10,792 nt of DNA from Planctomycetales bacterium (GTDB taxonomy: Bacteria; 4484-113). The position numbers were made by a program, and so were the translations under genes. Below, in pieces: positions 1 through 6,792 of the stretch. The DNA lies in NCBI GenBank assembly GCA_037445915.1, contig JBBIJQ010000030.1:2482-13273 (forward strand). The letters are read 5' to 3'. Every line of letters starts with the position of its first letter. The first letter of the stretch is position 1. Under the pieces are notes generated by a model, which was not told the origin of the DNA, did not search any database, and saw nothing but the letters and a program-made list of their open reading frames with translations.

Positions 1-1169
1 CGGTCAACCGGTTCTGGCTTCGGCGGGATGCGTTCTTCACGGCGCGTGCGCGGCTTCTTAGTGACTTCGGTGTAGTAGCGCATATCTAAGTTCGCCAGCA
101 AGCCGGGAAACTTCTGCTCAAAGTCTCCCGCGCGGGAAAACTGGCCGATGAAGAAACCGTCGGTTTCAAAGTCCCAAACCGGCGGGCGCTCCACGCCGAA
201 TATCATTCCCTTCTCGTAATCAAAGAAGTAACGCGCCGCAATGGAAAAGTTACCGAGCGCTTCATACTTGACTATTTCGGTATCGTTCTCTTCCTGCCAA
301 TATTGGTGGAACTCAACGATGCCGTGTGTATCAATAATGGCGATTGAGCGCATGCCGATGCGGGTGAAGCCAAGCACGCGGTACATAAACTTGGTCATCA
401 CCGGGTCGGGCAGGCCGGGGACGTTCAGGGGTATTGTCGCGAACCACATGTCCTCGCGCCAGACCGGATAGTCCGGCAGGCGAAGGCAGTGGTTCCACTC
501 AAAGAGGTGGCCCGCGTCAATCCTGATTTCGCCTGGGGAGATTGACTTGCGCGAATACTCGCGAAGGCGGGAGAGCCCCTGCACGTCAAGCACATCCCCG
601 CTCTTTGTTTGAACGTAGCTTAGAGAACTAACGAGGATGTTGTCCACGCTGAACGTGGGGTCTATATCGCCAGTGCGCTCGTCGTTTCCACCGCCGTTGC
701 CGCCGCCGCCGCCGCCGCCCTGCAAGACGTCGCCGCCGATGGGAGGGGGCTGGGGCGCGTTAGCGCTGTCAAGCGGGGGATTCTGCTGCAGGATGTTTGA
801 CTGGCGCTGGTTATTCCTGTCGCCTTGGTCTTGCTGTAACTCGCGGTTCTCGCGCCTCCGGCGGATAGGCGAAGAGAAAACATCATAGTCGTAGAAGGTT
901 ATGGAGTGCCGGTTAAGCCCGTGAAGCGCGGCAGTAACCGTATCGCGGTAGATTGCGCGGATACGGAAAGTCCCACCAAGCTGTGTTAGGTCGCCTGGGC
1001 GAGTTATCGCGCCGCCTAGCGTAATAATGGTCATATAGCGGCTGTACTCGTCTTCTTCCGGATCAAAAGAAAGCGTCACCGGTTTATTGACACGCGCCAG
1101 GGCAGTAAACGCACACAGCGTTAGCACTGCGAAAATTACTAAAGACCCGGTTATCAGTCTCATCCGCAT
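1..1169 (-). CDS. Secreted hypothetical protein, 3'-partial (at least 389 aa), possibly DUF6263-like
   Basis: Not in the ORF track because it runs off the edge. Manual translation is stop-free from ATG at 1169 to the window start. SD-like AGGGG at 1180-1176 lies 6 nt upstream. The N-terminus MRMRLITGSLVIFAVLTLCAFTALA-RVNK looks like a Sec signal peptide with an A-x-A site. LPDYPVWREDMW and YFFDYEKG resemble the LPxxPVxxGDxW and FDxxxG patterns I associate with DUF6263-like proteins (family call tentative). Confidence 0.85.
   Translation of the reverse strand, partial: MRMRLITGSLVIFAVLTLCAFTALARVNKPVTLSFDPEEDEYSRYMTIITLGGAITRPGDLTQLGGTFRIRAIYRDTVTAALHGLNRHSITFYDYDVFSSPIRRRRENRELQQDQGDRNNQRQSNILQQNPPLDSANAPQPPPIGGDVLQGGGGGGGNGGGNDERTGDIDPTFSVDNILVSSLSYVQTKSGDVLDVQGLSRLREYSRKSISPGEIRIDAGHLFEWNHCLRLPDYPVWREDMWFATIPLNVPGLPDPVMTKFMYRVLGFTRIGMRSIAIIDTHGIVEFHQYWQEENDTEIVKYEALGNFSIAARYFFDYEKGMIFGVERPPVWDFETDGFFIGQFSRAGDFEQKFPGLLANLDMRYYTEVTKKPRTRREERIPPKPEPVD
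699..719 (-). repeat. (GGC)7 trinucleotide repeat encoding poly-Gly
   Basis: Seven perfect gcc units at 699-719, in frame with the 1..1169 CDS (QGGGGGGGNGGGND). Confidence 0.9.
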
Positions 1170-1178
1170 ATACGTCCC

Positions 1179-1197
1179 CTGTTTATTAGGTAAACAG
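1179..1197. promoter_or_regulatory. Perfect inverted repeat CTGTTTA-N5-TAAACAG overlapping the SD of the downstream CDS
   Basis: Arms at 1179-1185 and 1191-1197. One arm covers the first two bases of the AGGGG SD. The repeat is directly visible; its function is unknown. Confidence 0.35.
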
Positions 1198-1246
1198 ATA
1201 GACCCGCAACACAGCCAGCGGGTTCCATAATTCCCAACTACGAAAC

Positions 1247-1319
1247 TGGAGCAGAGGAGATTCGAACTCCTGACCTTATCCATGCCGAGGATACGCGCTA
1301 CCAACTGCGCCACTGCCCC
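1247..1319 (-). tRNA. tRNA-Ala(GGC), 73 nt, CCA not encoded, non-canonical C33
   Basis: Reverse complement folds as GGGGCAG TG GCGC AGTTGGTA GCGC G TATCC TCGGCAT GGATA AGGTC AGGAG TTCGAAT CTCCT CTGCTCC A. All four stems pair. It has the G3:U70 alanine identity pair, an A73 discriminator, and anticodon GGC at 1286-1284. Confidence 0.97.
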
Positions 1320-1323
1320 AAAA

Positions 1324-1740
1324 TCAGATAGCAAGCGGTCTTGCTTCCGACCAGAGTTCCTCCAGCCGGTAGAATTCCCGAACTTCAGGCAGCATTATGT
1401 GCACAACAAGCCAGCCGTAATCAAGAACTACCCAGCTGCCATCGCGGTAGCCCTGAAGGCTGTCTTGGATTATATCATATTCCTTGAAGCGCTCTACGAT
1501 ACGGTCGGCGATAGCGCGTGTCTGCAATGCCGTCTCGCCTGTGGCAAGGGCCATAATATCCAGGTAGTCCACAACCCCCGTCATGTCCAGGAAAACAATG
1601 CCTTCGGCCTTCCTGTCCAGGGCTGCGTCTTTCGCCACAGCAAGCGCGTCCGACACAGTCAGGTTGTCCGCCAGTTTCGCTAGCTCAATCGCTTTTGCCA
1701 CGAGTCCCCTTTGAAGGTTAGATTCAGCATATTCTAGCAC
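1324..1740 (-). CDS. rsfS: Ribosome silencing factor RsfS (Iojap/YbeB family)
   Basis: Characteristic motifs DRKAEGIVFLDM, WVVLDYGWLVVHIM and REFYRLEELW. The start is uncertain: GTG at 1740 (overlapping the upstream TAG) or GTG at 1701 (preceded by AGGGG). Confidence 0.95.
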   Translation of the reverse strand: MLEYAESNLQRGLVAKAIELAKLADNLTVSDALAVAKDAALDRKAEGIVFLDMTGVVDYLDIMALATGETALQTRAIADRIVERFKEYDIIQDSLQGYRDGSWVVLDYGWLVVHIMLPEVREFYRLEELWSEARPLAI

Positions 1741-2639
1741 TATTCTGCTTGCGCGCGAGCATGATGGGCTGCGCCGAGTAGGCTGGCACGGCTGCGCAGC
1801 TTGGATGTCTCAATTCTGGGCTTGGGGCCAAGCCCCTCCAGGATATTATTCGCCAACGCTTCCCTCGCCGCAGGAAGGAAGGCCGCATGCGCTCGGCTAA
1901 TGCCCCCGCCAATTATGAAGGCCGGCGGGGTAAACAAGTTAAATACGTTCGCCATCCCGATGCCCAGGTAATGCCCGAACTCCTGGTATGCCTTGACCGC
2001 GGCTTTGTCGCCGCGCATGAACGCCTGCGAAACATCGTAGGGCGACATCGCATCCTTGCTCCCGCCGTAGCGCCTGTAAGCAGCCATCAGAGCGTACCTG
2101 CTCACATACGCTTCTAGGCATCCTCTTGCCCCGCAGCCGCACTTCGCTCCGCCCACGCGGACTTTCATATGCCCGATTTCAGGCGAGATGCCGCCCAAGC
2201 CAAGGACCGCGCCGGCCTTGCTTATCATGCTTCCGCCAAGGCCGCTGCCCAGCGTCAGCGCGCAAAGGCCGTTATGCTTGCCTGCGAACTCGTAATGAAA
2301 TACGCCAAGCCCGAAGGCGTCAGCGTCGTTGATGACAAAGGTCGGCACGAGGAATCGCGCGTGCAACGCTTCCGCAAGCGCGAGCTTCTTCCAACTTGAG
2401 TTTGGCGAAAAGACAATCGCGCCATCGCGGATCACGCCGCAGCTTCCCGCGCCGATGGCGTCAAGCTCATGCCCGCCTGCTTTTGCAAGCGAAATGAGCA
2501 TCCTGCTGATAAAGTCCAGGAACTCGCGCGCGCCCTGCCCTGGCACGATAATCCTCTCGCGCGTAGCGATGATTTCGCCGCTTTCGCCGATTATCCCTGC
2601 GCGCACAGTCGTCGCGCCAATGTCTAACGCGCCAATCAC
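1740..2639 (-). CDS. ROK-family sugar kinase (glucokinase-like), 299 aa
   Basis: N-terminal LDIGAT phosphate loop, NDA, LTLGSGLGG, EIGHM and the Zn-binding CGCGARGCLEAY motif. There is no N-terminal HTH, so it is a kinase rather than a repressor. GGAGG SD and GTGA overlap with the upstream stop. Confidence 0.93.
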   Translation of the reverse strand: MIGALDIGATTVRAGIIGESGEIIATRERIIVPGQGAREFLDFISRMLISLAKAGGHELDAIGAGSCGVIRDGAIVFSPNSSWKKLALAEALHARFLVPTFVINDADAFGLGVFHYEFAGKHNGLCALTLGSGLGGSMISKAGAVLGLGGISPEIGHMKVRVGGAKCGCGARGCLEAYVSRYALMAAYRRYGGSKDAMSPYDVSQAFMRGDKAAVKAYQEFGHYLGIGMANVFNLFTPPAFIIGGGISRAHAAFLPAAREALANNILEGLGPKPRIETSKLRSRASLLGAAHHARAQAE

Positions 2640-3553
2640 TTGCCGCCTCCCAGCAAGAACTGCCCCGAACTTGTTCCGGCAGCGGGAACATCGTCGCCGC
2701 TTCTAAGCGGCTCTAGATCCGCCAAGTCATCCTGCAAAGTAAAGGTCAGCCCTCCGGCTGTGAACTTGACTACGCGGTTTGGCTCGCGCCGCTCTACAAA
2801 ATACTCTTCCGCAAAATCAACGAAGGTCAGGCGCAGGCGCGCGCAATCATGTTGCTCCGCGGTTGCGGCGTAAATAGTTACGTTCCCAAGATTCTCAAGT
2901 AGCGCGGCATGGTTGCGGTGCTGGAACGGCGCCGTTACGAGAACAACGCTTTTCTCCGGCAGCTTCGCCACCGCAAGCTTGCTTACGAGCAGGTATATCT
3001 CGTCAAAATCAAGAGATTTCATCGGCCTGCGAAATGACGAGAACGTGCCGGTGTCCCCAGAGTCTTGGCGTACTGCGACCATGTCGTAGAAATACTCCGC
3101 CGCCCATGTTTCCAAAGGCTTGGCTGAAGCGGCGTTCAGCTCTTCAATCTTTGCGTATAGCTCAAGCGTGTATTTGACCGGCAACAGATTCGCCGCGTCA
3201 ACTACAAGCCGTGATTTCCCGGGGAAGGGAAACTGGTAAGACTTAAGGAGTTCCGCGCGCACGACCCCGCTCTCCATCACTAGCCCAAACGAGAACTCGG
3301 CCTTGCCGCGAATGGCTTTGTTCGCGTCCTGCACAATGTAAACCAGCCGCTTGCGGGCGTAGCCCGATGCTAGGTCAACATATTGCGGGAGCAGCGTGTC
3401 TTTGCCTATTAGGAGCAGTTTCGCTCCGACCGTTGGCGGGGAGGAAAGCAGGCTGCCTTCCGGAGGCTGCTGCGAAAACGCTAAAGGCATAACGAGCCAA
3501 ACGGCTGCAGCCAGCGCAACGCACAACAACGCCTTAAAACACCTGCATCCCAT
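2636..3553 (-). CDS. Secreted/periplasmic hypothetical protein (about 305 aa), possibly DUF3108-like
   Basis: The ORF track gives 2636..3727, but ATG at 3553 overlaps the upstream TGA (TGATG) and is followed directly by a signal-peptide-like segment MGCRCFKALLCVALAAAVWLVMPLAFS-QQ. The mature part appears beta-rich. The family resemblance is weak. Confidence 0.8.
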   Translation of the reverse strand: MGCRCFKALLCVALAAAVWLVMPLAFSQQPPEGSLLSSPPTVGAKLLLIGKDTLLPQYVDLASGYARKRLVYIVQDANKAIRGKAEFSFGLVMESGVVRAELLKSYQFPFPGKSRLVVDAANLLPVKYTLELYAKIEELNAASAKPLETWAAEYFYDMVAVRQDSGDTGTFSSFRRPMKSLDFDEIYLLVSKLAVAKLPEKSVVLVTAPFQHRNHAALLENLGNVTIYAATAEQHDCARLRLTFVDFAEEYFVERREPNRVVKFTAGGLTFTLQDDLADLEPLRSGDDVPAAGTSSGQFLLGGGK

Positions 3554-4908
3554 CAGAAACACCTTTGCATCAGCCACAGCACAAGAACAACCATTCCAAT
3601 CGCCAAAGCGGTTTCTTCCGTGTGCTTGTAACGCCGCTCTCGCTCCAATAGCCCTTCCGGCGCATCGCGCATGCCGCGAAAGTCGTAATAGCACATTTCC
3701 CCGTCTCCGGCATGGGAAAGGGACCAATCATATACCGCCTTTGGGTTGAAATCAGGCGGGGGCGGCACGGACTTAGCAATGTCATCCTCCGCTTCTGCGC
3801 GTGCCTGAAAGTTGCGGAAAATTTCGTCCAGCCGCCGTATCCTCTCATGCACAGTGGTAACCTCAGCCTCCGGCGGGCGTGAAATCTTTTCCAGATCAAG
3901 CGGCAGCACGTCTGCCAGCGACTCTTCGGTGATGCGCGATCCTTTGACAAACCAGTTGAAGTCGGCGGCCTTCATCAGTTCTTCGCCCTTTAACTTGTCC
4001 ACAACGACCTTGAGCTTTGCCTCGCGCCACTTGATGTACGTCCGCACGTCAAGGCTCAGCGCGCACTGCAAGTCAATGCTTGCCGATTCCCTGAGCGCCA
4101 GCAGCGGCAGCCCGTCTTCCTCCAGCGCGTGGCTGTAAAGAAACTTGGCGATGGTCGTTAGGTATCGGTTGCGCTCGCGCGAATACACAGCGTCGCTGCG
4201 CAGGACTTTCGCGGCTTCGTGATGCTTCCCTATCCCAATGTCTGCTATGGCCTTGAGGATGTGGAAAGTCAAGTCAAGGTCGTCGCGGTAGCCGATGTTG
4301 TCAGCGCTGAGGTGGCTGGAGGCAGCATCCAAATCCCCGTTCGCCAACGCAATCTCCCCAGCAACAATGCGCATCTCATCCCGCCAGCCGTAAAAGCTTG
4401 TCATGTCCCGCAATGCCTGCACGGCCTCAACTTCCTTGCCGAGCTTGCCTAACGCGACTGCGAGCGCAAGAGAAACTCCGAAGTAATCGGGATACACCGG
4501 GAAAAACTGGAAGCGGCTTATGCGCAGGAGAAAGCGTAGCGATGGGCTAAGTTTCCGCGTCAGCATACCCGTTGAGGCTTGCTGGCTTCGGGCGAGGCCC
4601 AACATCTCCGCAGCCTCATCATAATTGCAGTTACCGAGCGCAAAAAACCCGCCTAGAGCGCATGCGTCAGGATGAACCGGCGAAAGGGCGCGGATTGCGC
4701 CGATAAGGCGTTGCGCCTCCATGCCGTCGTATTGTTCCATCGCCGTTAGCGCTTTGCGCAACATCTTGTCAGGCGCGGGGAGCGTCACCAACACTGCCCA
4801 GGGGATTTTGGTGCGTAACAGCACGTCCCCGTCATATGCCTTGTAGGTCGGCGTGATGACGGACAGGGGCAGGTTGTTAAACGCAATACTCTTCATCGCA
4901 GGCCGCAC
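3553..4908 (-). CDS. Tetratricopeptide-repeat protein with C-terminal membrane anchor (about 450 aa)
   Basis: Several degenerate TPR-like helical pairs: ALGGFFALGNCNYDEAAEML, LALAVALGKLGKEVEAVQAL, VAGEIALANGDLDAASSHL, LKAIADIGIGKHHEAAKVL. Terminal hydrophobic ALAIGMVVLVLWLM. The start may be ATG 4896 instead of GTG 4908. Confidence 0.8.
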   Translation of the reverse strand: MRPAMKSIAFNNLPLSVITPTYKAYDGDVLLRTKIPWAVLVTLPAPDKMLRKALTAMEQYDGMEAQRLIGAIRALSPVHPDACALGGFFALGNCNYDEAAEMLGLARSQQASTGMLTRKLSPSLRFLLRISRFQFFPVYPDYFGVSLALAVALGKLGKEVEAVQALRDMTSFYGWRDEMRIVAGEIALANGDLDAASSHLSADNIGYRDDLDLTFHILKAIADIGIGKHHEAAKVLRSDAVYSRERNRYLTTIAKFLYSHALEEDGLPLLALRESASIDLQCALSLDVRTYIKWREAKLKVVVDKLKGEELMKAADFNWFVKGSRITEESLADVLPLDLEKISRPPEAEVTTVHERIRRLDEIFRNFQARAEAEDDIAKSVPPPPDFNPKAVYDWSLSHAGDGEMCYYDFRGMRDAPEGLLERERRYKHTEETALAIGMVVLVLWLMQRCF

Positions 4909-4947
4909 ACAGAATACACCAAAATAGCGCCCGCCACGTTCATCTGT

Positions 4948-5682
4948 TTAGTTCAGCGTATAACTTAAGCTTACTTGGAACGACCTGTTCGCAGGCCCCA
5001 AGTCAGTCGGGAAAGCTGGGAATTTCGGCACTGCGCGCAGAGCCTGCATCGCGCTATCGTCAAGCTCAGGGAAACCGCTGTTTGAGCTTATCTGCGACGA
5101 AACCAGGCGCCCGTCCTGCGAAAGAGTGAACTTTAGCTGCACAATCCCTTGGTGTCCAAGCTTGCGCGCAATCTGCGGATAGAGCTTCTGTCCCTCAATA
5201 AGCTGGACTAGCTGCGAGTGATATGCGGCGAGAATCGGCGCTAGCCGGCGGTCGTCCAAGGGCGCGCCTTCCGTCCCGCCTGGCTGGTTCCCTGCACTTT
5301 CAGTTGTGCTCATGGGAACAGCGGCTTCGCCTGCGCCTTCCACGTCATGCGCCCCGTCCACTTGATCTGTGCCACCTTCCTCAGGCGAGGGCGTTCCATG
5401 CGCAATTTCCCCTTGAGCGCGCGCCAGAACGCCTTCATTCAGGGGCTGAATGCCCGACATAGCCCGCATCATTTCGCCAACCGAGGCGACTTTCCCCATC
5501 GGTGCGTTTTTTGGCGCGGGATGGATGGGCTTCGCAGCTTCCTGCGCACTTGGGCTTGAACTGATGTTTAGAAGCACTGTGCGGCTCGCAGAGTCAGAAC
5601 CAGCCGATGGCGAAACCAGCGCTGTGATGGCCGTCACTGCGGCTAGCGAGATTACAAGCGCGCTAGCGCGGTATAGCCTCAT
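4948..5682 (-). CDS. tonB: TonB-family energy transducer (TonB C-terminal domain)
   Basis: N-terminal hydrophobic segment, a low-complexity P/A/G/E linker, then a TonB_C domain: YPQIARKLGHQGIVQLKFTLSQDG...SSG-like NSGFPELDDSAMQAL...FPAFP. ATGA overlap with exbD. Confidence 0.88.
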   Translation of the reverse strand: MRLYRASALVISLAAVTAITALVSPSAGSDSASRTVLLNISSSPSAQEAAKPIHPAPKNAPMGKVASVGEMMRAMSGIQPLNEGVLARAQGEIAHGTPSPEEGGTDQVDGAHDVEGAGEAAVPMSTTESAGNQPGGTEGAPLDDRRLAPILAAYHSQLVQLIEGQKLYPQIARKLGHQGIVQLKFTLSQDGRLVSSQISSNSGFPELDDSAMQALRAVPKFPAFPTDLGPANRSFQVSLSYTLN

Positions 5683-6083
5683 TTCGTTGCCGCCTCCAGG
5701 GCTACCGACTTCACCGGCGACCCGCGTATGATATCCAAAACCTCTACGATTCGCCTAAGCCCTACCCGTTCATCTGCCTGTAAGCGAACCAGCCCGACTT
5801 CTTTCGGCGACAAGGCGCTTAACTGCTGAGCGAGCGCGGCATCGCTGACTCGCGCCGAGTTGAAAAATATCGCCCCGCTTTCGTCAACCGAGATGGTCAC
5901 GGCGGCCTGCCCTGTGGGCATTGCGGTTGTGCTCCTTGGAAGCTGAACCTCAATCGCCGGCTGCATGTAATGCGTGATGAGCATGAAAAAAAGCAGCAGG
6001 TTGAAAACGATGTCCACGAGCGGCGCAATGGGAATGCCGGGAGCCGGCGTGCGGCGCGTGCGGCGCGGAAGAATCATAGACAC
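5679..6083 (-). CDS. exbD: ExbD/TolR-family biopolymer transport protein
   Basis: IPIAPLVDIVFNLLLFFML transmembrane motif with the conserved Asp, then IEVQLP and LQADERV...IVEVLD. Confidence 0.93.
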   Translation of the reverse strand: MSMILPRRTRRTPAPGIPIAPLVDIVFNLLLFFMLITHYMQPAIEVQLPRSTTAMPTGQAAVTISVDESGAIFFNSARVSDAALAQQLSALSPKEVGLVRLQADERVGLRRIVEVLDIIRGSPVKSVALEAATK

Positions 6084-6086
6084 CGG

Positions 6087-6668
6087 CTAGAGCACCTCCC
6101 ATCTTCTGCGTCGGAAGTCGTCGGCGATGCGCGCTATGAGCAGGTGCAGTTCCCGTTCAAACTGCGCCAGGCGTGACGAGAAGTAGTTGTGCGCAATGAG
6201 CGCGGGAATGCCGATGGCCAGCCCGACTACAGTCGTCAGAAGTGCTTCCCAGATACCCCCCGCGAGGTCGCTTGGGGTCACCAACCCCGATAGCGCTTCA
6301 ATACGCATGAACGCGCTCACTAGCCCGGTGACCGTTCCCAGCAGCCCAAGGAGCGGCGCTGCCTGCGCGATGATGCCCAGGCTGGGCATGCCATATTCCG
6401 CGTCTTGCAAGTCGCGCTCGGCCATCTGCACGGCAAGCTCGGCAGGCAGCCTTTTCTCCCCGCGCGCGCTAAGCAATGCGGAGAAGATGCGCGACTTGCC
6501 CGGCAGGTCGGGGAGAGTGTCAGCGTCAGTCACCAGCGCGATATGCCTGCGCTGCAGCCTGAGGATGAAATGGTAGTAATAGAGCCTCTCCAAAATCAAA
6601 TAGAGCGCCCAAACTGCCATAGCCAGGAGCGGCCACATTACTAACCCGCCTTTTTGGATGAGAAACAA
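6087..6668 (-). CDS. exbB: MotA/TolQ/ExbB proton channel protein
   Basis: GGLVMWPL, APLLGLLGTVTGL and LAGGIWEALLTTVVGLAIGIPA motifs. TTG start with GGAGG upstream. Confidence 0.94.
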   Translation of the reverse strand: MFLIQKGGLVMWPLLAMAVWALYLILERLYYYHFILRLQRRHIALVTDADTLPDLPGKSRIFSALLSARGEKRLPAELAVQMAERDLQDAEYGMPSLGIIAQAAPLLGLLGTVTGLVSAFMRIEALSGLVTPSDLAGGIWEALLTTVVGLAIGIPALIAHNYFSSRLAQFERELHLLIARIADDFRRRRWEVL

Positions 6669-6792
6669 CTGGGTGCTTGCCTCCGCCTAATTCTACCGCA
6701 GATGGGGCAAAGACGCGTTTTGCATTTGCGCCCGCTTGTTATACCATTACCGATGTGAGACCCTTACTGGAAGCCCCAGCAGGAACAGACTG
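6669..6792. promoter_or_regulatory. Divergent promoter region between exbB and mreC
   Basis: On the + strand, TTGCAT (6720-6725) - 16 nt - TACCAT (6742-6747) is sigma70-like. On the - strand, TAGAAT (6695-6690) is -10-like with no clear -35. Divergent gene orientation implies promoters in or near this region. Confidence 0.5.

Noticed and set aside
1179..1197. CTGT...ACAG palindrome as a LexA (SOS) box
   Set aside because: The spacing is CTGT-N11-ACAG, not the CTGT-N8-ACAG of the E. coli-type box.
1170..1260. tRNA-Ala as the attachment site of an integrated element
   Set aside because: There is no integrase next to the tRNA 3' end, no duplicated tRNA 3' fragment in the window, and no obvious compositional shift.
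3554..3727. N-terminal extension of ORF 2636..3727 overlapping the TPR gene
   Set aside because: The extension is Arg/Cys-rich shadow sequence. ATG 3553 gives a TGATG coupling and puts the signal peptide at the N-terminus.
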